Source: Nageia nagi (taxonomy: Eukaryota; Plantae; Pinophyta). Taken from it: a stretch of 64,000 bases of DNA. The DNA lies in assembly GCA_050084985.1 (NCBI GenBank), contig JBITNC010000001.1, forward strand, positions 153,884,001-153,948,000. Direction: 5' to 3'. Made by a program: the position numbers and the translations under genes. Under the pieces are notes generated by a model. It saw only the letters and a list, made by a program, of their open reading frames with translations, had not been told where the DNA came from and ran no database searches. Shown in pieces: positions 53,490 to 64,000 of the stretch; within the stretch, counting starts at the first letter, position 1; every line of letters starts with the position of its first letter.

Positions 53490-54135
53490 ATGTATGAGGC
53501 CAAGCCCCTTCAAGCCTAACGTTGAGTCCCAAACTCCCTCAATCTCTAGTGTGAAGCAAGAAACCTTCCCATCCTCCAACATGGGATACCAAGCAGCTCT
53601 CAGGCCCAATATCAAGTGTATAGACCTTCCCAAGTCCAACATGGGGAGCCAACACTCCATCAACCTAGTTGTTGGGAACCCAAGTCCCTATAGAGCCAAC
53701 GTGGGATGTCCCAATCCCTCGATGCTCACCATCATGCACAAACATCTCTCAACCACGCATGTGAGATGTTGCAATCCTCCTATATCCAACATGAGGAAAT
53801 AGAGCTCCTTGAGGCTCAATATCCCACTTCCTACCTCCTTAGTGGTCCACGTGGGAGATAGAAGCTCTCCCATGTCCAACATTGACTGACAAACCTCCCT
53901 AAAGCCCAATGCTCTTCAATGCTAGATGAAAAGACTCCCTGGTGCTCAATGTGGGAGATAGAAACTTCCCAAGGCTCCAAGTGGGGTGTTCAACCTTCTC
54001 CAAGCCAAACATGAGGTGCAAAAGGACCTCCAAACTCATCATGCAATATCTAACTTTCCCAAGCTTCAATGTGGTGAACAAGATATCCCTCAAAATCTAT
54101 GTCCCATGCCTAAGATTGTTGATGTGCAATGTGGG
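53490..54135. repeat. Degenerate 30-bp array with CAAC(A/G)TGGG core in the internal region of the 30240-58162 element
   Basis: Cores at ~53516, 53576, 53606, 53636, 53696 and onward; minus frames read HPTL.L.E-type repeats. Confidence 0.75.
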
Positions 54136-54467
54136 GTATAAGGGCTCCTTGTTACTCTTCTCCTCATGCCATGGCCTCTTCTTGTCCATTGTGGTCCCAT
54201 TCTTGGCTTCCTATTTCTTTTGGTACCATTCAATCACTTCCATCCGCTTGTTATCTACTTGTGGACAATCATCCCGAATTCCTTGCAGCGTATGGGTCCT
54301 CCCATCAATCTCAAAACTTATAGTGAGTTTTTGGTAGTTGGTGTGTATGTCAACCAACTTGAACAGCCACTACACTCCCAAAATAATGTGAGGATGCCCC
54401 TTCAAGGAGTAAATATAGAAGTTCTCCCTTATAGTGTAGCTTTGTAGCCTCACTCCAAATCTCTCCA

Positions 54468-56603
54468 CTATGTGATCCACAAGAGTGAGTTTCCATTGGC
54501 ATTGGAAACTTTGAATCCTTCAAAACCCTTTCGTTTTAGGTTCTTTTCCACAAAGCCCTCATCGATAAAGTTGTGAGATGCTACTAGATCAACCAGGACC
54601 ATCACATCTTGTCCACTAGCTTGCCCCACCACCTTTAGTGTGAGGTACTTATTCACCCCGTTAAGTGAAGTGATCATACTGCCCAAAGTGCCTTCTACTC
54701 TCTGTGCCTCTTGGTCTCACATGTCCACGCCAAGATCTAGGTTTGAATCATTTGTTTCCTCATTAGAAAACACCTCTATGTAATGTACATGTCCCTTACC
54801 TTAGAAACAATGTCCAGGCTCCATGTCTTCTTGCAGTAGAAGCACTTGCCTTCCTCCCTTAGCTTCCTTCATGTGGCTGCATCCAACTGGTTCGTTCGAG
54901 GTGGAGGGAAGGGTTTGGCCTTGCTAGGACCTTCCTTATCTACAAAGGTCTTCTGTGTGACTAGTACCTTGTATGTTTAACCTCCCTTGAGGGATTTCAC
55001 TATCGACTCTAGATCGTATGCATACCGAATGGCATCATCAAGGTTCCTAGGTGAAGATACCTTGACCATTCTCTGCAATGGCTCCATCAATACCTTTATG
55101 AAGAAGAATGTCAACTGTTCTTCAAGGATGTGATGAATTATGATTGCAGTCTTTTAAAATTCAGATACATACTCATCCATTGTTCCCTGCTACCTCAATA
55201 ATGTTAGATCTCGGACGTAGTCATTCTCCTTCTTCTGATCAAACCTCTTAACTAGTCATCTAGCAACCTCATCAAAGGAGGTAATGAGTGAGTAATCATC
55301 ACTGATTACTCCATGCTGCCACCATTCGAGGGCATCACCCTCAAAATGTAATGATGAAAAATGAATTGTATCTTCTTCCACTATGTTTGGTTTCAAGGTG
55401 AAGTAGGTCTGCAACTGATGTGACCATGCCCTAGCAATCATCCGCTTCCCATCATACATATGTACCTACATTTTATTTATTTTTTGTTGCAGGTCTCTCT
55501 TGTCTCTCCACGAGTTTCTTTGTAATGTCCCAAAAATAAATATTTTTGTAAATGTCTCTTACACTTAATTATGAAAGTGAAAAGGGGCTCATGTGACTAG
55601 GAGACATAACATTAAGTTATTTTCATTAATTTTTTATTTCTTTGTGTTGTAATAAGGCACTTTAAGTCAAATTAGGGTTTGGGGATGTCAACTTGAAATT
55701 AGATCCTCAAGCTATATAAGAGTATGGAGCATCCCATTTTGAGGAGGTATTTGCTATTATATGACTTTCTATCTGAAACCCTAGGTTTCTTGAGGAAGGT
55801 TGCACCCTACTCAAACTCCACCATTGTTTAAGAGATGTGCCCTAGCTTTGTTGGAGGCATTTGCAGTTGACAAGAGATGAGCCTTGCTGTTGCATTTGCA
55901 AACTAAAGAGATGTGCCCTTAGTCACTTGAAATTGTTGTGGAAGAAATCCATCTAGTTTGTGGTGATTTTTGCTATTGTGTTTTGTACCTTTGCTGCCCT
56001 AGAAAGGGTTTTCAGCTTTGTGAACAATATTCAGCCAGATTTCTATGTTTTTTTTAGTTAATAGAAACCTTAAGGGGGGGTTTATCCCACTTTGGGGAGT
56101 TTTTCCATTCATTTTATGTTCATATTTGAGTACCCTTTTGGATGTTCTTTCATTGTATCCATTCAAAAATTAATACAATTATATCCTAACTGATTTTTCT
56201 AATCGCAACACAACATTTGTGCTAATTTCTATGTTTGAGTATCCAGTTTTGTATAAAAATTAGAAATGAGTCATTTCATTCTTGGGGTGTGTGGATCATG
56301 TGTACTACTCCCCTTTAACCATAGGATCTTTAGGTAGCTATTGAAGTTGACATCTCTCTTCAATCCTAGATCCAACATAGAATACTCCTGGAAAATCCAA
56401 TTCAACTCTAGTGGGCCAGGAACCCTATTCTTCACCTCTTCTCCTAACTTCTTGGCGAACATGGGTTTGGACGGATTGGGGATAATAGGTCGTTCCCCAA
56501 TCTTACCAACATCCTCATCCAAGTACCTCCCTAGGAGAGGTTTAATACCTTGTGGCACCTTGTGTGAGTGGGATCTTAGGAATGTGGGTTCTAGACGACC
56601 CAT
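54468..56603 (-). pseudogene. Gag and aspartic protease relic, split by a solo LTR
   Basis: PNPSKPMF; YDGKRMIARAWSHQLQTYFTL...FEGDALEWWQHG; knuckle remnant GKCFYCKK near 54840; VLVDLVASHNFIDEGFV with a degraded catalytic motif. Confidence 0.82.
55521..56278 (+). mobile_element. Solo LTR, 758 bp, related to the LTRs of the 16533-21932 element
   Basis: TGTAATGTCC...CATTTCA; perfect TSD TTCTT; shares taggagacataacatta and other blocks with the reverse complement of 16533-17212. Confidence 0.9.
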
Positions 56604-58508
56604 AGATCCATGATGAGTGGATTCTCAATATCTCAGATTGTGGGATCTCCTCATACCCACCTCCCTATTTCTTTGTACTCTTCATACGGCTCTTCTCCAT
56701 CATCTAGGATAGGATGGGGGGGGCTAATGTGCCTTTCTAGCTCCTTATGAACTCCCACATGTCTGTTCAACTACTGCTGCATGGTGGTAATGGCTCCCAT
56801 CATGTTATGAATGGCCGAAATAAGCTCATTGAACTTCTGTTTGGGTGTGGATTCCCAAAGTAGAGTAGGGATTCTCCTCCTACCTGATGCAAACCTCTCT
56901 CCTTATGCATCATCCTCCTCTTCATAGTCACCTTTGTTTGGCACCTCATTCATCCATGGCCAATGCTCTTTCTCTTTGACAACCCTAGAAGGTGTCTTCT
57001 ACCTGCAACTTCTTGCTCTTCTTGGAAGATGCCATCTCTTTCTGAATGGTGTATCTAGTGTAATAGCAGTGAACAACAGGTATCATTCACAAGTTGGCCA
57101 GATCCAAGCTCTAACACCATTGTAATGATCTAAATACAATCTATGTGCAAATTAGCAGTTTCAACCAAGAAAATACCCAAGTATGGCCTAGAAGTGCAAA
57201 TTCAAGTATTCAAACCCTCACAATGCCAATGTTAGGTTTAGGGCATCAATTACAAACTTTCACAACACAACAATGTCAACATCTAGCTCATACATGCATG
57301 AATGAGTAAACAAATCACAACATTGGAATAGTAAAGCATAGACAAGACAAATATGGTGATCCAATGCCCAATGACTGTATATAATATAAATGATAATAAA
57401 AAATACCATACCAGGCCCAATAGGGCTGACGTTGGCCTCAAGAGAGCCAACTAGGTCACAATGTGTATCTTCAAACTAGATGGACGGATAAGACAATCGT
57501 GGTCCCTCAGAACCCGAATCCTCTCCACCAAAGGAGCGCTCCTTTGATCCTGGAAACCACTGAAGGTAGAAGATCAACCTCATAATAGCATCGAATGGGC
57601 AAGGGTGCTACACCAATGTCATAGACTAACAAGATCCCTTAGTTTGCTAATCCTCCTAGATGCTATAGCTAGGGATTTGCTTAGCGTCTATTATCCTCTA
57701 GAAGGTATCAAAGAATATAATAGTCAAGTATATCTAGCTATGAGGCACCAATTGCTTTTAATACACTTTACTAGATCTGGATCTCACCTAGGAGTCATTA
57801 CCCAAGTCCTCTAATCCAACGTTGGCCTCCTAGAGGCCCAAAATGCCAAATGTGGGTGCATAGGGGTCAAGCATGTCTAATGTTGGTGCCGAGGTGCCAT
57901 AAATGCCAATGTGAGGGTTCGGAGTGCCATGCATGCCTAACGTAGGTCTAGGAGCCATGTGTGGGGTTGGGTGTCATCATGGGTCAACGTGGGGGTCTAG
58001 GAGTCTCCCCAAGGGTGGCACATGTACATAAGTGCTCATCCATCCACCTAAGTGCTAAACGGACCTTGGGATTCCCACAATCATGATCGAGATATCCATG
58101 TACAATAAAACTCCTAATCTATGCTTGAGAGAGAGACGTCCCACTTGGAGCTCATAGTGGGGCTCACCATTTATAGGGCCTTTATTTAGACCACTTGGGT
58201 CTCTCCTCCTCAGTCATTATTGCCAAAGTTGGCGCACTATGCACAACACTATTTACAAATTGATAGTGGTTTGATCCCTACCCCACGATACTATTATCTA
58301 CTTTCTTTCAATATCCTGATCAGCGATGTATGGCTCTCTACCTTCGAGAGGCTTTCCTTCTTCGAAAATGTCTTCTCTCTCAAGCTCAACATCTAGTAGG
58401 TGGTCGTTGTATTACATCTTTCTTTCATGTTTCTTCCACATATGAGTCTCGTAGGCGACCTCGAGATGAGCCTCCTCCCCCTACTTGACACACTAGGAGA
58501 TGCCTTCT

Positions 58509-59148
58509 TGTAATGTCCCAAAATTCTTTGTATTTCATTTTCATTGCAATTTCTAGATCTAGGAGTACTTTACACTTTTGGCATCATTATCCATGTTCAA
58601 GTCGGCAAAACCACTTGGAAATCTAGTTTTCTCTTCCAAGGCTGGTCGGCTGGCTTTTATGGAGACATTTAGTGGCTATTTAAGCAAAAACATTTCTCAT
58701 TTTTATGGATCATCCAATCAAATTCTGATATCTGCTTTTCTTGAGTTAGGGATGTGCCCTTCTCATCCTTCTTTGGCCTAGGGATGCGCCCAACAGCCTT
58801 AGAAGTGGCATTTTGAAGAATTTGTGAGGAGACTCTCATATTTTGGATGCCCTAAATATTGTTACAGGAATGTTACAGAATTGTTACAGAAATAACAGTC
58901 TTATTACTTGCGTATTGAAGATTTGATCTCATATACTCATTGTTCTTGTTATCTACTCTTGAATGAATGATTCTATGGTCTCTTTCATGCGATTTAATTC
59001 CTATATTACTGCTGTTATAAGATCAGAATTCTGTCATCATTATTAAATAATAAAAGTGCTGTTACAGTTGGAGTTTGAAGTCAAAGATAGCATGTAACAG
59101 ATCTAGTTTTTATGCCCAAAAATCTTGAGTAATAATTGGGATATTTCA
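58509..59148 (+). repeat. 5' LTR, 640 bp
   Basis: tgtaatgtccca...tgggatatttca imperfect terminal inverted repeat; short tgttacag repeats at 58860-58890. Confidence 0.95.
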
Positions 59149-59149
59149 G

Positions 59150-59161
59150 TGGTATCAGAGC
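59150..59161 (+). promoter_or_regulatory. Primer-binding site for initiator tRNA-Met
   Basis: TGGTATCAGAGC, 1 nt after the LTR. Confidence 0.95.
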
Positions 59162-59190
59162 TGGTCTCTTGCCAGCCTGTGAGGGAGTCT

Positions 59191-62100
59191 ATGCACCATT
59201 ACTACACAAGAAAAAGTAAGAAGGATTCGCAGCGAACAGCAGATCCAAACTTCGAAAAACAAGTAGTTGAAAAAATCAAAGGCATGGAAGAACCACCAAA
59301 TGAGCTCAAGACAATGGTAGACCTACTAACTCAGTTGGTCAAAAAAATAGATGGGCTCTCCAAACCCCAAACGCAGCCACAACAAGAGGAAACAGTTAGG
59401 ACACTAGCGAATGACCAAGGGAGTGAAAGATCAGTTCGTTATGGTCATCCTCCTTTGCCTAGACCTTCAAGACCCATGTTCGTGCCAAAACAAGGAACTG
59501 ATCAAGGTTTGGCAACTGAAGAAATGGAGATTTACTTCGCTGATTACCAAGGTAAGTCTACTGAATTTAAAGACTCAGTTTCTTTTGAGAGCTATCTAAG
59601 TATTTTGGGAAAGAAGATTGGTAGAAATAGCAAGTATTATGATAATAAGCATTTTCAAAAGATGCAAGTTCCTATGTTCAATGGCAAGAATATGACAGCT
59701 AGAGCATGGTTACAAAAGTTGCAAACCTACTTCACTCTTTGTCCTATAGCCGAAGAAGATGCAATCCAATTTGCCACTATTTACCTTGAAGAAGCTGCAT
59801 ATGATTGGTGGCATCATGGCCTCACAACACAAGGACATGAAGAAATTATTACCTTTGATGAATTTAGTCAAAGAGTATTGGATAGATTTGAAAAGAAAGA
59901 TGAAGAAGAGTACTTTAGGGAGCTGGCCACACTACAACAAACAACAACTGTTGAAGCATATATTGAAGAATTTCAGAAGATTTCAGTTATGGTGACCAAT
60001 ATATCTGATAGAAGGGTGTCTTTTCTTTTCATTGAAGGCTTACTAGAACCACTAAAGGGTTTGGTTAAAGCTCATGAACCACCCACATTGCAAGATGCTT
60101 TTAGGAGGGCACTAGCTCTTGAATCATCTGCTTTTCCTAGATCAAGGCCTTCTACTCTACCACCTCCTAGAGCTAACATTGCAACCCCATTTCAAAGAAG
60201 AGATACATTCCAAAGCGGAGGATCAGCTTTCCAAAGAAACCAGCCCATGGGAAGACCTACACCACATACAACTAGGGGTCCACCATCACCACACCATGGA
60301 AGGAAATTGGATGATGAAAGAAATGAACTTAGAAGGAAGAATCTTTGTTTCAGCTGCAAGAAGCCATGGGTACCTGGTCACCGTTGTTTAGGTAAGGGGC
60401 AAATTCATTATATTGAAGTTATTTCTGATGATGAAGCATCCGATGATGAGAATGAACCTAGTAATGAATGCACAATGGAAGATTTCACCAATGAAGGGAT
60501 TGTTGTTCCAAATACAGTCACCAACACAGGAAACTTGGCTACCTTGAATAGTGCCAACCAATTTTACACCATCAAAGTACCCGGGAAAATTCTAGGGGAA
60601 AAAGTGATCACATTAATTGATGGTGGGGCAACCCATAACTTCATAGATGAGGAATTCGTGGCAAGAAAGAAACTAAAATCAGAACTCTTTGCTGGTTTTA
60701 ATGTGGCTACTGGAAATGGGAACCTTGTACCTTGCAACAAATATGTGACTAACTTGAAAATCGAGTTTGATGGGCATTCAATTGAAGAAGATTTTTATGT
60801 GTTTCCATTGGGGGGAGTACCTCAAATAGTGTTGGGAGTACAATGGCTGTTTCCCTTGGGTGATTATACTACCAACCACCAAACATTGCAATTCAAATTC
60901 AAAAATAAAGGACGCGAGGTGGTGCTGCAAGGAGTCAAAGACCACATGACCCAAAAGGTGACAAATAAAAGAATGGAGAAGATCCTTAAAAAAGGAGAAT
61001 TCGTATGGGCTGTCCAAATCTTCACATTAAAAGGTATGACTCATCCATCCACTCATTGTGTTTTTCATCATTCCGGCATTCAAACTTTACTAAGCAAGCA
61101 TAGTAAAATTTTCAAAGAAGTTCCCAAAGGTTTGCCACCACATAGAGGTTTCCAACATGCCATTGAACTTGAACATGGATCCAAACCCATCATGATTAAC
61201 CCCTATAGGCATCCAAAGATATATAAAGATGAAATTGAAAAGATCATAAATGAACTCTTAGCTCTAGGCCATATTCGTCCAAGTACAAGCCCATTTGCCT
61301 CATCCGTTGTATTGGCCAAAAAGAAAGATGGAACATTGAGAATGTGCATAGATTATAGAGCCCTTAATAAAAAAACCATCAAGAATAGATACCCCATTCC
61401 TAGGGTGGATGAGCTCATGGATGAATTGCATGGAGCTATGTATTTTTCCAAGATTGACCTTAGATCCGGCTATCACCAAATTAGAGTCAATGAGGAGGAT
61501 GTTCACAAAACTGCCTTTAGGTGCCACTATGGTCATTTCGAATTTTTGGTGATGCCCTTTGGTTTGACAAATGCTCCCGCCACTTTCCAATCAGCTATGA
61601 ACCAAATATTCAGAGAATATTTGAGAAAATTTGTATTAGTATTTTTTGATGACATCCTTGTCTATAGCAATTCTTGGGAAGACCATTTGAAGCATTTGGA
61701 AACAGTCCTAAGAATCTTGGAGCAAGAAGAGTTCTATGCTAAGGAATCCAAATGTGAATTTGGGTTGACTGAAATTCTCTATTTGGGACACATAATCAGT
61801 AACAAAGGGGTACAAGTGGATGAACACAAAATTGCAGCTATTCAAGAATGGCCCACACCAACCAACTTGACCCATTTGAGAGGATTCTTGGGTCTTTGCA
61901 GTTACTATAGAAGATTCATCAAGGGGTTTTCAGCCTTAGCAGCTCCATTGACCGAATTGACAAAAAAAGATGCATTTGCATGGAATGAGGAGGCCCACAA
62001 GGCTTTCACAAAATTGAAAGAGGTAATGACCACTTGTCCACTACTTGCACTTCCAGATTTTTCCTTACCTTTCACTATTGATTGTGATGCGTCAGGCTTT

Positions 62101-63894
62101 GGGATAGGAGCTATTCTCATGCAAAAAGGACAGCCAATTTGCTTTGAAAGTAGAAAACTCAAACCCAATGAAAAGGCTTTCAGTATTTATGATAAAGAAA
62201 TGCTTGCCATTATGCATGCATTAGCCAAATTTAAACAATACTTGGTATGTGGCAAGTTCATAGTAAGGACTGATCATAACAGTCTTAAATACTTTTTGGG
62301 ACAGCAAGATTTGAATGAGAGACAACAAAAATGGGTAACTAAGCTTCAATCCTATGATTTTGACATTGAATTTGTAAAAGGGAAAAAGAACACAGCAGCT
62401 GATGCACTCTCAAGAACACCCTCCTTTCACTCTACATCCATCATTATTGACGATTGGAAAGCTGCCATCATGGCTGAATATACCAAGAATGAATTAGCAT
62501 CACGTCTCATAGATGGCCACTTGAAAGATGACAGGTACAACATTAGAAAGGGACTGATTTTCTACAAAAACAGAATTTTTCTTGTGCCCAATTCAAAGTT
62601 AAAAGAGAAATTAATTGAGGCAATGCATGACACACCAATGGCTGGTCATCCTGGCTTCTTTAAAACATATAGACAGCTGCGAGAAAGATTCACATGGAAG
62701 GGGTTGAAGGATGATGTTCTTAGACATGTAAGAGAATGTATTATTTGCCAAGAAAATAAGGGAGAGAATACATTACCAGCAGGATTGCTACAACCATTGC
62801 CCATTCCCACACAAAAATGGGAAAGTATATCCATGGACTTCATTTCTGGTTTGCCCAAAGTACAAGGTAAAGATTGCATCTATGTGGTAGTGGACAGATT
62901 GACCAAATTTGCACATTTCTATGCCATTTCCACCTCATACGCAACAGTTCAAGTGGCTGACTTGTTCTTCAAAGAAATCTTTAGACTCCATGGCATACCT
63001 AAAAATATTGTAAGTGATAGGGACAGCAAGTTCATGAGTTTGTTTTGGCAAGAATTGTTTAAATTGTGTGGTACAATACTAACCCCAAGTACAAGTTATC
63101 ATCCCCAAACTGATGGACAAACAGAAATAGTGAACAAATGGGTAGAAGGTTACCTAAGGAACTATGTTTCAGGGTAGCAACGTGCATGGATAAAATGGTT
63201 GCACTTAGGGGAGTTTTGCTACAATTCCTCATATCACATCTCCATTAAGATGTCTCCTTTTATGGCTTTGTATGGATATAATGCTCCTAACATTATTGAC
63301 TTGTTGATCAATGATAGTAGGGTACCTAAAGCTAAAGACTTTGTGGAAGAAAATCAGAATATATTGAAGACCCTAAAAGATAACATCCAACTTGCACAAA
63401 ACCAGCAGAAGAAATATGCTGATCAACAAAGAACAGAACACCAATTTGAAGTTGGAGATATGGTCTACTTACGAATGCAGCCCTATAGACAGTCCACATT
63501 GAAGAAAAGTGGGAAGGAGAAGCTAAGACCACGATTTTATGGCCCATATAAGGTCATACGCAAGGTGGGAGAAGTTGCATATGAGTTAGAGTTGCCACGC
63601 AATAGCAAGATCCACAATGTCTTTCATGTTTCATGCCTCAAAAAGGCCTTAGGACAGCATGTGGTTCCATCTACGGAGTTACCCCCACTTGATGAAGAAG
63701 GCAAGCTGATTCTTGAACCTGAAACCCTCTTGGAGACCAAGGAAAAAATCTTGAGGAATAGAGTCATCAAAGAGTACCTGATAAAATGGAAAGGCTTACC
63801 AGTTGAAGATGCTACATGGCAAGGGTCAGAGATCCTTATGCATCCAGCCTTGAATTGCTTGAGGACAAGCAATTTGGGAGGGGAGGATTTGTAA
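59191..63894 (+). pseudogene. Gag-Pol polyprotein with one in-frame TAG in integrase (63175-63177) and a probable 1-nt deletion near the C-terminus
   Basis: Gag [11 protein letters not shown]; knuckle [14 protein letters not shown]; protease [11 protein letters not shown]; [14 protein letters not shown] and [10 protein letters not shown]; RNase[10 protein letters not shown]; integrase [24 protein letters not shown]; GPY/F RFYGPY; chromodomain EYLIKWKGLPVEDATW. First ATG after the PBS is 59191. Confidence 0.93.
63876..63887 (+). promoter_or_regulatory. Polypurine tract
   Basis: GGGAGGGGAGGA, 2 nt before the 3' LTR. Confidence 0.92.
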
Positions 63895-64000
63895 TGTCCC
63901 AAAATTCTTTGTATTTCATTTTCATTGCAATTTCTAGATCTAGAAGTACTTTACACTTTTGGCATCATTATCCATGTTCAAGTCGGCAAAACCACTTGGA
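63890..64000 (+). repeat. 3' LTR, partial
   Basis: Matches 58509-58619 except ctagGagtac vs ctagAagtac. Confidence 0.96.

Larger units (their letters stand above)
30240..58162 (-). mobile_element. Non-autonomous gag-protease LTR element (3' LTR 30240-31418; 5' LTR 57121-~58162, truncated), expanded by ~22.5 kb of nested insertions
   Basis: Homologous LTRs starting tgtaatgatc on +; PPT at 31419; degenerate PBS gctctaacacca at 57108-57119; tail LLLEGKQFEREGFVT; gag/protease relics at 54468-56603; no RT or integrase seen. Confidence 0.85.
4621..64000 (+). other. Very large TE-filled intron (>59 kb, continues past the window)
   Basis: GT donor at 4621; no exon beginning with an EQKW-like sequence recognised downstream; almost all sequence from 7 kb on is assignable to LTR elements. 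Confidence 0.65.
58509..64000 (+). mobile_element. Near-intact Ty3/Gypsy chromovirus, Reina-like (~6 kb); 3' LTR runs off the window
   Basis: 5' LTR 58509-59148; Met PBS; single gag-pol frame in PR-RT-RH-INT-chromodomain order; PPT; 3' LTR from 63890 with 1 mismatch in 111 nt; left flank CTTCT is the predicted TSD. Confidence 0.96.

Noticed and set aside
736-58781. Most 60-140 aa ORFs in the supplied track as host genes
   Set aside because: They lie in LTRs, antisense to TE frames or in AT-rich intron sequence, often start at non-ATG codons, and show no recognisable domains
59125-59190. N-terminal extension of Gag given by the ORF track
   Set aside because: Starts at a TTG inside the LTR and crosses the PBS; the first ATG is at 59191
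63175-63183. Programmed stop-codon readthrough (TAG CAA CGT)
   Set aside because: Only half matches the TMV-type UAG-CAR-YYA signal, lies inside integrase rather than at a gag/pol boundary, and is simply explained by CAG>TAG

Overview
Eukaryotic plant genomic DNA, most likely a gymnosperm (inferred from the LTR-retrotransposon types and a giant intron). The first ~5 kb hold the promoter region, 5' UTR and first coding exon (4471-4620) of a LAZ1/TMEM184 (DUF300, Solute_trans_a) family gene. No further exon was recognised, so the remaining ~59 kb appear to be one intron. It is filled with deeply nested LTR retroelements, many resolved to the base by TG..CA ends and 5-bp target-site duplications (TSDs). 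The elements are: (i) one near-intact Reina-like chromovirus (Ty3/Gypsy, 58509 to window end); (ii) four non-autonomous relatives sharing its pre-PPT hairpin and C-terminal tail, three also sharing its PBS region; (iii) six ordinary 0.75-1.4 kb solo LTRs; (iv) three nested copies of an unusual ~6.9-kb unit with LTR-type termini and a TSD but no LTR pair, PBS, gag or pol. That unit carries a ~1160-codon gene under apparent purifying selection plus an array of palindromic repeats, and looks like a giant LTR that encodes its own protein. It is the most interesting object in the window. All alignments and counts were made by eye.
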